From contig OX638340.1 of NCBI GenBank assembly GCA_951812955.1, positions 1,088,001 to 1,152,000 on the forward strand: DNA of 64,000 nucleotides, written 5' to 3'. The translations under genes were made by a program, and so were the position numbers. Shown piece by piece: positions 20,007 to 29,803 of the stretch; the first letter of the stretch is position 1; the number at the start of each line of letters is the position of its first letter. The DNA is from an uncultured Gemmatimonadota bacterium. Lineage in GTDB: Bacteria; JAAXHH01. The notes beneath the pieces were generated by a model that was not told where the DNA came from, made no database searches, and saw only the letters and a list, made by a program, of their open reading frames with translations.

Positions 20007-21113
20007 ATGCCTGTCCAGGATTACCCGACTTACGCCGGGGTTGGCGTTCGGCCCCTCATCAACTGCAAGGGTACGCTGACCATGTACAGCGGATCGGTCA
20101 TGCTGCCTGAAGTCAGGCGGGCCATGGCCGATGCTTCCGGGAAGTACGTGCATATCGAAGAATTGATGGCCGGCGTGGGCCGGCGTATCGGCGAAATTAT
20201 GAAAACGGAGTTCGGGCTCGTGACCAACGGATGTGCCGCCGCGCTTTGTCAGGTGACCGCCGCGTGCGTGGCGGGAACCGACCTGGACCGAATCGCCAGG
20301 CTGCCGGACACCACGGGAATGAAGAACGAAGTCGTCACGCTCAAGACCCACCGTCACGTATACGATCACGCCATTCGCATGGTAGGGATCTCTCTCGTGG
20401 AGACCGAAGACGATCCAGAGAAATTCAGGTCCGCCTTCAACGAGCAGACGGCCATGGTCGCTATATTCGGCGACCGGGCGGGCGACGGCGCCATGACCGT
20501 GGCCGATATCGTCCATATCGCCCATGATCACGGTGTTCCCGTTCTTGTGGACGCGGCCGCCGAACGCCCGGATGTACCTAATCCATACCTGGCGGACGGC
20601 GTGGACGCCGTTGCATACAGCGGCGGCAAGTGCCTCAGGGGCCCGCAGGCCTCGGGGTTGGTGCTGGGACGGCGCGAACTGCTGTGGGCCGCGTTCGCAA
20701 ACGGCGCGCCGCACCACTCCATCGCGCGCCCGATGAAGGCTGGCAAGGAGGAGATCATGGGACTCCTCGCGGCCGTGGAACAGTGGGTGGCGAGAGATCA
20801 CGAAGCGGAATGGAAGGCATGGGAAGGATATCTTCAGACCATTATTGATGCGGTTGCCCCGCTTCCATCCATACGAACGACGATCAGGCAACCGGGCCGG
20901 TCCAACGTGGCTCCGGTTTTGCATTTGGACTGGGATACATCGAAAATAGGCATCGAACCGGACGAAGTCGCCCGCATGTTGTCTGAAGGAGACCCCCGGA
21001 TCGAAATGGGCGGGGGACGCGGCCTGTCCGTCATGCCCTATATGATGGAATCCGGCGAGGATGCCCTGGTGGCCGCACGGCTCGCAGAGATCCTGGGACC
21101 GCGGGTGCGGTGA
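20007..21113 (+). CDS. SelA-like (DgaE-type) PLP-dependent enzyme, lacking SelA N-terminal tRNA-binding domain
   Basis: YSGGKCLRGPQASGLVLG matches SelA PLP-lysine motif FSGDKLLGGPQAGII; GAGGA SD 7 nt upstream of ATG 20007. Confidence 0.7.
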   Translation: MPVQDYPTYAGVGVRPLINCKGTLTMYSGSVMLPEVRRAMADASGKYVHIEELMAGVGRRIGEIMKTEFGLVTNGCAAALCQVTAACVAGTDLDRIARLPDTTGMKNEVVTLKTHRHVYDHAIRMVGISLVETEDDPEKFRSAFNEQTAMVAIFGDRAGDGAMTVADIVHIAHDHGVPVLVDAAAERPDVPNPYLADGVDAVAYSGGKCLRGPQASGLVLGRRELLWAAFANGAPHHSIARPMKAGKEEIMGLLAAVEQWVARDHEAEWKAWEGYLQTIIDAVAPLPSIRTTIRQPGRSNVAPVLHLDWDTSKIGIEPDEVARMLSEGDPRIEMGGGRGLSVMPYMMESGEDALVAARLAEILGPRVR

Positions 21114-21130
21114 AAACAGGGAGGCACACC

Positions 21131-21445
21131 ATGAAGGTAATCGTTGATCTGTGCGTGGTGCCCATTGGGGTCGGTGTATCGGTCTCAGCGTACGTTACGG
21201 CCTGTGAAAGGGTGCTGAGAAAGGCGGGGCTCAAGACCTTCATGCATGCTTACGGGACCAATATCGAAGGCGAGTGGGATGCGGTTTTCGAGGCCGTGAA
21301 GCAATGCCATGCGACCGTGCACGAAATGGGCGTGCCGAGGATTTCCACGACCATCCGCCTGGGTACGCGAACCGACCGTGCGCAGACCATGGTAGAGAAG
21401 ATGGAAAGCGTCGAACGAAAGCTGAAAGACGAAACATCCTCCTGA
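21131..21445 (+). CDS. MTH1187/YkoF-family small ligand-binding protein
   Basis: 104 aa, MKVIVDLCVVPIGVG...; GGGAGG SD 8 nt upstream; starts 17 nt after SelA-like stop. Confidence 0.65.
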   Translation: MKVIVDLCVVPIGVGVSVSAYVTACERVLRKAGLKTFMHAYGTNIEGEWDAVFEAVKQCHATVHEMGVPRISTTIRLGTRTDRAQTMVEKMESVERKLKDETSS

Positions 21446-21617
21446 TGCGGCCATGAAAATCACGGATGTCCGCACGTTACTCATGAACGCCTCGGAATAC
21501 GACTATCAATACATCGCCGCCCACAGGAACAGGGCGCGCTGGCTGGAAGGAAGCGGGAAGGGCTGGCGTTAGTCAGCGGCCGCTGCCGACCTGGACCCCT
21601 GCCAGACGGCGTTGGAT

Positions 21618-22583
21618 TTAGTTCCCGACGGCTTCGCTGATGTGTCCGAACAGTTGTCGAATGCGTTTCAAGTGCATCTCGGGGAGAGCCCCCCTGGCGA
21701 TGCTGTGGATGTTCTGCTCGATCTTGTCCAGGGTAACCGCGCTGCACACGGCGGTCGTGACGCCCTCCGTATATACGACAAATCGATAGGCCGCTTCGAC
21801 CAGCGTATCGATTTCCGGATCCTCGAGCAGGAAGTCGTACGGCGCACTGGGATCGATGGATTCATCCAAAAACTCCTGGCGCTGCAGTTCTTCAATCGTC
21901 TCCTTGAGACGCGACGGATCTTTGAAGATGTTACGCACCGAGAAGATGTTCATTACGCCCACGTCGTGCTCCCTGCAGTAGGGGAAGACCGTATGACGCG
22001 CGGACTGGTTGAGCATGCTGTAGGCGATCATGATGACGTCCAGTTTCCCGGTTGGCAACGCCGCCCGCAACCAGGCATGGGCGCCGTCGGACAACGCGGT
22101 CTCGCTGGATCCGAGGAAACGGATTTTACCTTGCTGGCACAAACGTTCCAGAACGGGGAACTGCTCGTTGATCATATAGTCGAAATCGGCGTTCTCGGTC
22201 GCGGCGATCAACGCCACGTCGATCGCGTCTACTCCCAGACGGCGCAGACTGGTCTCGATGGAATCCGTAATATGCTCCGGGGTCATCAGGACCGGCCCCC
22301 GTTCTTCGTCGAACTGCGAGAGTACGACCCTGGTGGCAATGTAGTATCGGTCGCGCGGAATGCCTTGAAAGGCCCGCCCGAGTATTGCCTCGGCTTCAAG
22401 GTAGCCCGGAGACGTATCGAAAAGGTTAATGCCCAGGTCCAGGACCCCGTGAACGAGCCGGTGCATCTCTGATTCGGTGAGCGGAGGATCGCTGGTCTGA
22501 CCCAGCCGATTGTACCCGCCGGATCCCATGCTGAGCGTCGATACGTTCAATCCTGTACGGCCCAGGGGACGGTAAGAAACCAT
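21618..22583 (-). CDS. aldo/keto reductase
   Basis: MVSYRPLGRTGLNVSTLSMGSG N-terminus and DTSPGY motif typical of AKR; GGAG SD before ATG 22583. Confidence 0.8.
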   Translation of the reverse strand: MVSYRPLGRTGLNVSTLSMGSGGYNRLGQTSDPPLTESEMHRLVHGVLDLGINLFDTSPGYLEAEAILGRAFQGIPRDRYYIATRVVLSQFDEERGPVLMTPEHITDSIETSLRRLGVDAIDVALIAATENADFDYMINEQFPVLERLCQQGKIRFLGSSETALSDGAHAWLRAALPTGKLDVIMIAYSMLNQSARHTVFPYCREHDVGVMNIFSVRNIFKDPSRLKETIEELQRQEFLDESIDPSAPYDFLLEDPEIDTLVEAAYRFVVYTEGVTTAVCSAVTLDKIEQNIHSIARGALPEMHLKRIRQLFGHISEAVGN

Positions 22584-22727
22584 ATCAACTCCTGAAGGGG
22601 TCGACTGAAGGTGCCGGCCTCGGTGAGATTGGCCTTTACAAAGACGTGGGTTTTGACTATCGATCCTGCATCGTACTCCAACTTCTGAAACCACGCTCTG
22701 GATTCACGTTAAGCGGAAGGAACGGGC

Positions 22728-23558
22728 ATGTCAACCGTCGAAGATCTCGTCAAGCGGATCAGGATCGAGGGGTGGTGCGTTGTGGACGGCGTAATACCTC
22801 CTGACGAAGTGGTAAAGGTCCGCGACAGTTTGATCGCCACGGCGGACGGACGGCCCGATGACCTGGCGAATGGCCGCCACTGCGTTCGAGGAATCATCGC
22901 ATACGACCAGGCGATCGCCCCCTACCTGTCCGACGACCGGATCATGGGCATCAACGAAGCGTTTTTCGGCAAGCACGTGCGCATTTCCATGACGACGGGC
23001 GTAATACTCCACCCCGGTTATCCCCGGACAGACGACCCAGGCGGAGGCCTTCACTCCGACTGGCCCTTCGGACAGGGCTACGACTATCGCATCCCGGCGC
23101 CGTATCCGGACTCCCCGCTGCTGCTGACCAGCCTATGGATGCTCACGCCCTTCACCAGGGAGAACGGCGGTACCGTACTGGTGCCTGGAAGCCACAAGGC
23201 GGGCAACAATCCGACGGGAGACAGCAGCCTGGTGCCGGGAACGACCCATCCATCGGAAATCCAGGCCGTAGGCGAACCGGGAAGCGTGTTGCTCTTCGAC
23301 AGCCGGACCTGGCATATAAACGGACACAACAACAGCGAAGAGACCCGCATGGCCATCATCGCCCGTTACGCGGCGTGGTGGTTCAACCTCAACCCGCTTA
23401 TTCCCGGTCTATCGGACTTCGAACGCGATGCGGCCGACCGGGGCTTCAGGCCTGATGATGTCGTGCCGCTGACTCCGGAGCAGTATGACGCGCTGCCTGA
23501 ACGCACCAGGCCCCTGTTCCACCACATCGTCCTGGGACAGAGAGTCCTTCCGTCCTAG
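22728..23558 (+). CDS. phytanoyl-CoA dioxygenase (PhyH) family Fe(II)/2OG oxygenase
   Basis: HSDWP...H..G iron-binding pattern, 276 aa. Confidence 0.7.
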   Translation: MSTVEDLVKRIRIEGWCVVDGVIPPDEVVKVRDSLIATADGRPDDLANGRHCVRGIIAYDQAIAPYLSDDRIMGINEAFFGKHVRISMTTGVILHPGYPRTDDPGGGLHSDWPFGQGYDYRIPAPYPDSPLLLTSLWMLTPFTRENGGTVLVPGSHKAGNNPTGDSSLVPGTTHPSEIQAVGEPGSVLLFDSRTWHINGHNNSEETRMAIIARYAAWWFNLNPLIPGLSDFERDAADRGFRPDDVVPLTPEQYDALPERTRPLFHHIVLGQRVLPS

Positions 23559-23641
23559 GCGCCGTCCGCCTGAATGCTCCACAGTCCTGGCGACGGAGCC
23601 TTTACCGGTCAGGCGATGGGACCGGAGGTATCACGTCCGGC

Positions 23642-23702
23642 TAAAACAGGGAATGTTAAACGCGAAAACAGGGAATGTAAGACGGTAAGGAATGCATGAA
23701 AC
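23642..23702. repeat. 3 tandem degenerate ~21-bp repeats (aaaacagggaatgttaaacgcg) in 5' leader of sulfatase gene
   Basis: read directly. Confidence 0.8.
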
Positions 23703-25159
23703 GTAACGCCCGACCTAACGTCGTCCTCATCTGCGCCGACCAGCTTCGCGGCGACTCCCTGGGCATTGCGGGCCACCCCGTGGTCCACACGCCCGGGATC
23801 GACGCCCTCGCCCATACCGGACATTACTTCCCCCGCGCGGTCTCCGAGGTTCCCTCCTGCGTGGGCGCCCGCCGGACGCTCTTCAGCGGGCAGTGGCCGG
23901 TCACCCATGGCATGGTCGGTTTCAACGACATGGAGGCGTGGGACGAACCGGACACGCTCTGCCGGGTATTCCAGCGAAACGGCTACAAAACCTACTGCAT
24001 CGGGAAAAGGCATGTCTATCCGCAGGACGCACCCTACGGCTTCGACCGCATCGTCGCCCACGAGGAAGGCCGGTACCTTTCACCCGGATACCGCGACGAT
24101 TACCTGGACTGGCTTGCTGAACAGGGCTGGGACGACTTCGGCCTGTTCAACGCGGGCGTGACCAACAATGGGTACACGGCCCGTCCCTGCGTATTTCCCG
24201 AGGAATTTCACGTGACGACCTGGACGGCCACCCAGGCCATACGCGTGATGGACGAGCACGTCCGGGACCACGGCCGGGACACGCCCTTCTTCCTGTTCGT
24301 GTCCTTCAGCAAGCCCCATCCGCCCTGGGATCCGCCGGCTTTCTTCTACGAGCGATATGCCGGCGACCCCGACCTGCCCGATCCGGTCATTGGCGATCCG
24401 TCCCGCTACGTGAGCGGACGCACACCCTTCGTCAAGGCCCACGGCCCCTTCCCGGAAGCCGAGTATCTCCCACGCTCAACTAAAGACGTCCGGCGGGCCC
24501 GGGCGGGATACTACGGTTGCATCGATCACGTAGACACACAGATCACGCGGTTCACGTATCACATGTGGCGCATGCTCCAGCTGCGCAATCTCGTCTTCGC
24601 CTTCGTCGGTGACCATGGCGACATGCTGGGCGATCACCATTACTGGGCCAAGTCCTACGGTTACGAGGGTTCGATCCGCGTGCCCTTCGTCCTGAATTTC
24701 CCCGCGCAGCTGGATTTCCCAGCCGGCGTCCAATATCCCGAAACGACCGTGGGACTGGCCGACCTGATGCCCACGCTGCTGGACGTGTGCGGCCTGCCCG
24801 CGCCCGGCTGCATGGACGGCCGTTCGCTCATGCCGCTCGTGCGGGGCGATACGCACCGACTGGACCGGGAGCATCAGCACGCGGAACATCTCGAGTTCGG
24901 ACACTATCTAGTCGACCACCGGGAGAAGTTCATCTGGCACTACCGGACGGGGCAGTTCGAGTACTACGATCTCCAGGACGATCCGCTCGAGTGCCGGAAC
25001 CTCTATGGCGATGATCATCCCAGAGCACGGGTCCTTCGGGACCGGTTACAGCACCTGATTGTGGCGCAGGGCCGGGAGAAGGACTTCATGCGCGACGGGA
25101 AACTGAGCAACGAAGTCGCGCAAAGCCACACCCACGAGTTTCCGCCCTATGCCGTGTAG
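23696..25159 (+). CDS. sulfatase-family (alkaline phosphatase superfamily) hydrolase with atypical C-V-G-A-R active-site motif
   Basis: PNVVLICADQLRGD...SCVGARRTLFSGQWP aligns to sulfatase N-terminal signature but Pro at +2 of CxPxR is Gly. Confidence 0.75.
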   Translation: MKRNARPNVVLICADQLRGDSLGIAGHPVVHTPGIDALAHTGHYFPRAVSEVPSCVGARRTLFSGQWPVTHGMVGFNDMEAWDEPDTLCRVFQRNGYKTYCIGKRHVYPQDAPYGFDRIVAHEEGRYLSPGYRDDYLDWLAEQGWDDFGLFNAGVTNNGYTARPCVFPEEFHVTTWTATQAIRVMDEHVRDHGRDTPFFLFVSFSKPHPPWDPPAFFYERYAGDPDLPDPVIGDPSRYVSGRTPFVKAHGPFPEAEYLPRSTKDVRRARAGYYGCIDHVDTQITRFTYHMWRMLQLRNLVFAFVGDHGDMLGDHHYWAKSYGYEGSIRVPFVLNFPAQLDFPAGVQYPETTVGLADLMPTLLDVCGLPAPGCMDGRSLMPLVRGDTHRLDREHQHAEHLEFGHYLVDHREKFIWHYRTGQFEYYDLQDDPLECRNLYGDDHPRARVLRDRLQHLIVAQGREKDFMRDGKLSNEVAQSHTHEFPPYAV

Positions 25160-25196
25160 GGTAAGCCGCCCTTTTGCCCGGCCGGTGAGGTAAAAA

Positions 25197-26201
25197 ATGG
25201 AAAAGCCGTTCGAGACCAGTTATAACCGCAAGGGGCTACGTCCCCGGTATCCCGAATTGATCCCGCCCGAAAAGATCCGCGAAAAGCTGCTGGAACTCTT
25301 CGGCATGGCAGAGATCCCCGTGCAGGTCGATTGCACCTTGGGTGATTCCCGGGTGGAAGACGATATCCGTCTCACGAATCTGTCATACGCCAATTCCCAC
25401 GGGGAGACGGTACCGGCCATACTGATCGAGCCCCTGGACAACCCGGCGAAACACCTCCCGGGCGTCGTCTGCGTCCCGGGTACGGGCGGATCGGCGGAGC
25501 GCATGGCCCTCGAACGGTACTACAAGGACGATCCGAATGATCCGCCGCTATATGGCTGGGCACGGGAACTGGCGCGAAGGGGATACGTCACCCTGGCCAT
25601 CTCGCCCAAGGGTTGCCACGGCCGGGACACGAACGAGGTCTCCTGGTACATCGAACTCAAACACCTGCTGGCCTACGGCATTTCGCAGATGGGTCTCCTG
25701 GTGGAGGAAGCGCTCAGGGGCGTCCGGGTGCTCGAAGTCCAGGACCGGATAGGAAAAAACAAGGTGGGGATGACCGGCATGTCCCTGGGGGGCAACGCAA
25801 CGTGGTACGCCATGGCCTGCGCCCCGTGGCTGGCGACGGGCGTGCCCATCTGCGGCGGCGTGGGCCAAATGGAGAGCGTCATACGGGGCGGCGACCTGTA
25901 CCGGCACAGCGCCTACTTCTACGTGCCCCACATGCTTCGCTACTTCGACCATCCCGAAATCGTAGCGAACTGCATCGCGCCGCGTCCCTTCATGATGGTG
26001 GCGCCCACATCGGACGAGGACATGCCGAAGTGCGGTGTCGACGAACTCATAAGCATAGTGGCGCCGGCATACCAAGAGGCCGGCGCAGACGATCGTTTCC
26101 GCGTGTACCAGCCCGACGGCAACCACGTCTTCAGGTTTGAGTACTTCGAATGGATGGTGGAATGGTTCGACCACTTTCTCAAGGGAGAACCGGGGACGTA
26201 G
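25197..26201 (+). CDS. alpha/beta hydrolase (dienelactone hydrolase/acetylxylan esterase-like)
   Basis: GMSLGG nucleophile elbow, 334 aa. Confidence 0.7.
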   Translation: MEKPFETSYNRKGLRPRYPELIPPEKIREKLLELFGMAEIPVQVDCTLGDSRVEDDIRLTNLSYANSHGETVPAILIEPLDNPAKHLPGVVCVPGTGGSAERMALERYYKDDPNDPPLYGWARELARRGYVTLAISPKGCHGRDTNEVSWYIELKHLLAYGISQMGLLVEEALRGVRVLEVQDRIGKNKVGMTGMSLGGNATWYAMACAPWLATGVPICGGVGQMESVIRGGDLYRHSAYFYVPHMLRYFDHPEIVANCIAPRPFMMVAPTSDEDMPKCGVDELISIVAPAYQEAGADDRFRVYQPDGNHVFRFEYFEWMVEWFDHFLKGEPGT

Positions 26202-26261
26202 GCGATCCGGCGGAGCTGTTCGACCAATTTCTGAAGCGCGTTTGCCCTTGACGGTCTTTGG

Positions 26262-26305
26262 AGATCCACCTTACTTTATTCGTGTTCCCATCGACTTTAC
26301 CTGTG
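26262..26305. repeat. 2 tandem degenerate ~22-bp repeats (tttac.tgttcccaacgac) upstream of desaturase
   Basis: read directly. Confidence 0.6.
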
Positions 26306-26338
26306 TTCCCAACGACATCATCCAGGCAGGATGGAATC

Positions 26339-27478
26339 GTGAGCAATTCTGCTAAAGAAGCAAGCGGATCGGGTGATTCCCACGAAATCGTAGGTCCGGA
26401 CCACACCGCGTTGTCCGACGAGGAAGTACTGACCGAGGGGCCCGAGTACAACGCACCGCTCCCGAAGAACCGGGTAAAGTGGTACCGCTGCCGCGTGACC
26501 CGGGAGCAGCTGGCCAGTCTCAACAAACGAAGCGATTTCCTCGGATTCGTCCAGACCCTGGGCTATCTCGCCGTCCTCGCCGCGGGGGCGGGTGTCGCCA
26601 TCTACTCTTCTTTGAACTGGCCGTGGTACATCACCCTCCTGCTGGTGTTCATCAACGGACACTTCTGGCATTTCCTGGTCAACGGCTTCCATGAACTGGT
26701 CCATGATTCCGTCTTCCGGACGCGGTGGCTAAACCGCTTCTTCCTTCGCGTCTATTCTTTCCTGGGCTGGCACAACCACCATCACTTCTGGGCGAGCCAC
26801 ACCGAGCACCACAAGTACACGCTTCACCATCCCGACGACCAGGAAGTGATCCTGCCCCAGAAGTTCGACATGCGGAACATGTGGAAATGGTCGATCATCA
26901 ACTACCGGTATCCCTACGACCTGGTTAAAGGCAAGCTCGCGGCCTTCGCCGGGAAAATCCCGGACGACCGCTGGTCCCGGGAACTCTTTCCCGAAAGCGA
27001 TCCGGAGCGGCGCAGGGCCTTTACCAATTGGGAACGTTTCATGTTCACGGGTCACGTTCTTGTTGCGGGCGGAGCGCTGGTCTCGGGCCTGTGGGTGGTC
27101 CCGCTGGTCATCACCTTTCCGCGGATGTTCGGTGCGTGGTTGCAGTTCCTTTGCAACGCCACGCAGCACGTTGGGCTGCAGGACGAAGTGCCCGATTACC
27201 GCCTTTGCTGCAGGACGTTCTATATCAACCCCATCCTGCAGTTCCTGTACTGGCACATGAACTACCATACCGAGCACCACATGTACGCCGCGGTGCCCTG
27301 CTACAGGCTTGGACGCCTGCACAGACTCATCAAGCACGAGATGCCTCTCTGCACCCGTGGACTCTACGCGACCTGGAAACAGATTATCGAGATCATGGAC
27401 CGCCAGGAAGTCGAACCCGATTACCAGTTCGTCGTCGAACTTCCGACGGCCTCTCCCACACCCCGGGAATCTACGTGA
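26339..27478 (+). CDS. membrane fatty acid desaturase/hydroxylase family protein (three His boxes); start uncertain (GTG 26339 proposed)
   Basis: HELVHD, HNHHHFWASHTEHHKYTLHH, HTEHHMY histidine boxes; no in-frame ATG until far inside, AGGA 7 nt before GTG 26339. Confidence 0.7.
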   Translation: MSNSAKEASGSGDSHEIVGPDHTALSDEEVLTEGPEYNAPLPKNRVKWYRCRVTREQLASLNKRSDFLGFVQTLGYLAVLAAGAGVAIYSSLNWPWYITLLLVFINGHFWHFLVNGFHELVHDSVFRTRWLNRFFLRVYSFLGWHNHHHFWASHTEHHKYTLHHPDDQEVILPQKFDMRNMWKWSIINYRYPYDLVKGKLAAFAGKIPDDRWSRELFPESDPERRRAFTNWERFMFTGHVLVAGGALVSGLWVVPLVITFPRMFGAWLQFLCNATQHVGLQDEVPDYRLCCRTFYINPILQFLYWHMNYHTEHHMYAAVPCYRLGRLHRLIKHEMPLCTRGLYATWKQIIEIMDRQEVEPDYQFVVELPTASPTPREST

Positions 27479-28602
27479 AAATCACCGGCATAATACTGTT
27501 TGTGCTGGAAGATCCGGACCAGCCGCAGTACTACCATGTGTTGAAGCAGGTCCCGGGCCTGAGGCGCACGCAGTATACCCATGGCAGCGAATCCCATCCC
27601 AAAGGCGGAAACCTGCGTCAGCACTTCATCCGGGTCGAGACCGACGAAGGTATATCCGGTGTGTGCACGACCACGATGGGCCGTGAGCAGGTGGAGATCC
27701 TGAAGACACAGGTACTGGGCAAGAATCCCCTGCACCGGGAAGCGCTGTTCCAGTTGCTCCACAAGGGAACGCGCTGGCTGTACCAGAAACCAGGGTGGTT
27801 CGGTGACTTCGACAACTGTCTCTGGGACATCGCCGGCAAGAAGGCCGGCCTGCCGGTCTACGACCTGATCGGCCGGGTACGCGACCGGTTCCCGGTTTAC
27901 CTGACCGGGGGAGATTCCGACATCGAGACCTACCTGCGGATGATTCAGCAAGGCAAGGAATACGGGGTCAACGCCTACAAGTTTCACACCTACAAGGGCG
28001 GAAAGGCGGATATCCCGATATTCAGGGAAGTCCGCCGGATCGTCGGACCCGATTATCTGCTGTTAAACGACCCGGTCTGTTCGTATACGCTGAAGGAAGC
28101 GATCGAGGTGGGCAGGGTCTTGGAGGAATTGGATTTCATCTGGCTGGAAGAACCGATGCACGAACACAAAGAGCACCAGTATCAGGAACTGTGTAGGGAA
28201 TTGACCATACCGGTGATGGGGAACGAAACGCTGATGGGCGACCTGGGGATTTCCACGCAGCGGCTGATTTCGGGGGCGACCGACCTGTTGCGCGCCAATG
28301 CCCGTTTCGGGACCACCCAGGTGCTCAAGATGGCCCATTTTGCGGAGATGTACGACACGAATATCGAGCTGAACGCCGAAGGGGGACTCTTCGGAATCGT
28401 CCACGCACATCTCGGATGTTGCATCGACAACACAGGGTTCTACGAGACCGGCGCCAATGGCTTCGTAGACACGGCCAGCATCTGGGGCATGGTTAACAAA
28501 CCGCTCATCGCGGACGGCCACATCGTCCCGCCCGACGGGCCGGGCTGGGGCGCCGAGTGGGACATGGATCGCTTCGAAGCCATGACCGTGGCCGCGTACT
28601 GA
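27475..28602 (+). CDS. enolase-superfamily (mandelate racemase/muconate lactonizing enzyme family) protein
   Basis: DFIWLEEP metal-ligand motif; GTG start overlaps desaturase TGA stop (GTGA). Confidence 0.75.
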   Translation: MKITGIILFVLEDPDQPQYYHVLKQVPGLRRTQYTHGSESHPKGGNLRQHFIRVETDEGISGVCTTTMGREQVEILKTQVLGKNPLHREALFQLLHKGTRWLYQKPGWFGDFDNCLWDIAGKKAGLPVYDLIGRVRDRFPVYLTGGDSDIETYLRMIQQGKEYGVNAYKFHTYKGGKADIPIFREVRRIVGPDYLLLNDPVCSYTLKEAIEVGRVLEELDFIWLEEPMHEHKEHQYQELCRELTIPVMGNETLMGDLGISTQRLISGATDLLRANARFGTTQVLKMAHFAEMYDTNIELNAEGGLFGIVHAHLGCCIDNTGFYETGANGFVDTASIWGMVNKPLIADGHIVPPDGPGWGAEWDMDRFEAMTVAAY

Positions 28603-28663
28603 GACACGGAATCGATCCCCTTCGACCCGGCGTTTTCCTTGCCTGCCCAGCCCCAGCCACCTC

Positions 28664-28738
28664 ACCTGTACTTCCGTAGCTACGACTCCTGAACTACCGC
28701 AGCCACGATCTCCTGTACTTCCGCAGCCACGGTCTCTC
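28664..28738. repeat. 3 tandem degenerate 24-bp repeats (cctgtacttccgtagctacgact) in convergent spacer
   Basis: read directly. Confidence 0.85.
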
Positions 28739-28745
28739 TCCCGCA

Positions 28746-29219
28746 CTACACTTCCAGGTACTTGATCTCACCGCGTATATACTTTGTAGATACTTGCAAG
28801 CGGGCAACCGAGACGGGCAGGCTGAATCGGCGGGGCCCCGCGCTGCCTGGATTGAGATACCAGACCCCGTCTCCGCGCTGTTCCCACTCCGGACGGTGGG
28901 AATGGCCGTAGACGACCACGCCTATGCCCGCGGCCGCGGGGTCGAGGTTCAGATCTTCGATATCGTGGACGACGTAGATCGATCGCCCTTCGACTTCCAC
29001 CAGTTCGGTCACCGGCAACCGCGCTGCCCAGGGCTGATAGTCCGTATTACCCCGGACGACCGTTACCGGGGCGATCTCCGCCATGGCGTCCAGTATATCC
29101 TCGCTACCCACGTCCCCGCCGTGTATGATCCGTTCGACGCCATCCAGCGCGGCCACGGCCGCTGGCCGCAACAGGCCGTGGGTATCCGAAATCACACCGA
29201 TCTCAACAGGATGGCTCAT
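28746..29219 (-). CDS. metallophosphoesterase (YfcE-like)
   Basis: GVISDTHG and GHSHRP motifs. Confidence 0.75.
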   Translation of the reverse strand: MSHPVEIGVISDTHGLLRPAAVAALDGVERIIHGGDVGSEDILDAMAEIAPVTVVRGNTDYQPWAARLPVTELVEVEGRSIYVVHDIEDLNLDPAAAGIGVVVYGHSHRPEWEQRGDGVWYLNPGSAGPRRFSLPVSVARLQVSTKYIRGEIKYLEV

Positions 29220-29255
29220 AGATTCCCGTGTCAACGTACGATTCCGCAAAGACGG

Positions 29256-29708
29256 CTAGGCCCGATCTTTCATTGTCCCCGGCATCAGGCTGTACTTGCC
29301 CGGACCGGTAAACCAAAGGGCGATGTATATGGCGCAAAGTTCCATCGCGTGCGACGCGCCGTTGAGACCTGAACCTGGATCGTCGGCAGGCAGCGACAGG
29401 TGACGCAGCATGGCCAGAAGCATGGTCAGCGTGAGCAGCGTCGTCGCGGGCCGGAAGAATACACCGAATATCACGAGTATCGAGCAGACGAATTCCGCGA
29501 ATCCGGCCATGAAGCCCCAGAATGCCGGAAGAAAGCTGATGCCGACCAGTTCCATGTTGCCGCCGATGGCGGCCCAGCGCTCGGGATTGGATATCTTTCC
29601 CCAACCGTGAAACGCCGCCATGCTGAAACCGATCACAATGCGGATGATGAGCAGACCGAGGTCGGTCATACCGAGGTTTTTCGTAAGAAAGCACACGATT
29701 CTATTCAT
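29256..29708 (-). CDS. DoxX-family membrane protein
   Basis: 4 TM, LLIIRIVIGFSMAAFHGWGK DoxX-like N-terminus. Confidence 0.7.
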   Translation of the reverse strand: MNRIVCFLTKNLGMTDLGLLIIRIVIGFSMAAFHGWGKISNPERWAAIGGNMELVGISFLPAFWGFMAGFAEFVCSILVIFGVFFRPATTLLTLTMLLAMLRHLSLPADDPGSGLNGASHAMELCAIYIALWFTGPGKYSLMPGTMKDRA

Positions 29709-29803
29709 GGTGAGTTCCTTTTGTATGGGGTGAATACGTGCTCTACCGGCCGTGAACGTCTTTAGAATACACGCAATGTTTCACGTGGCCGGTTGCCGGG
29801 CCG

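Noticed and set aside
29730-29800. Imperfect inverted repeat (cgtgaacg...tgtttcacg) downstream of the Gfo/Idh/MocA gene as a terminator
   Set aside because: Stem is short and imperfect and there is no following T-tract on the transcribed strand.
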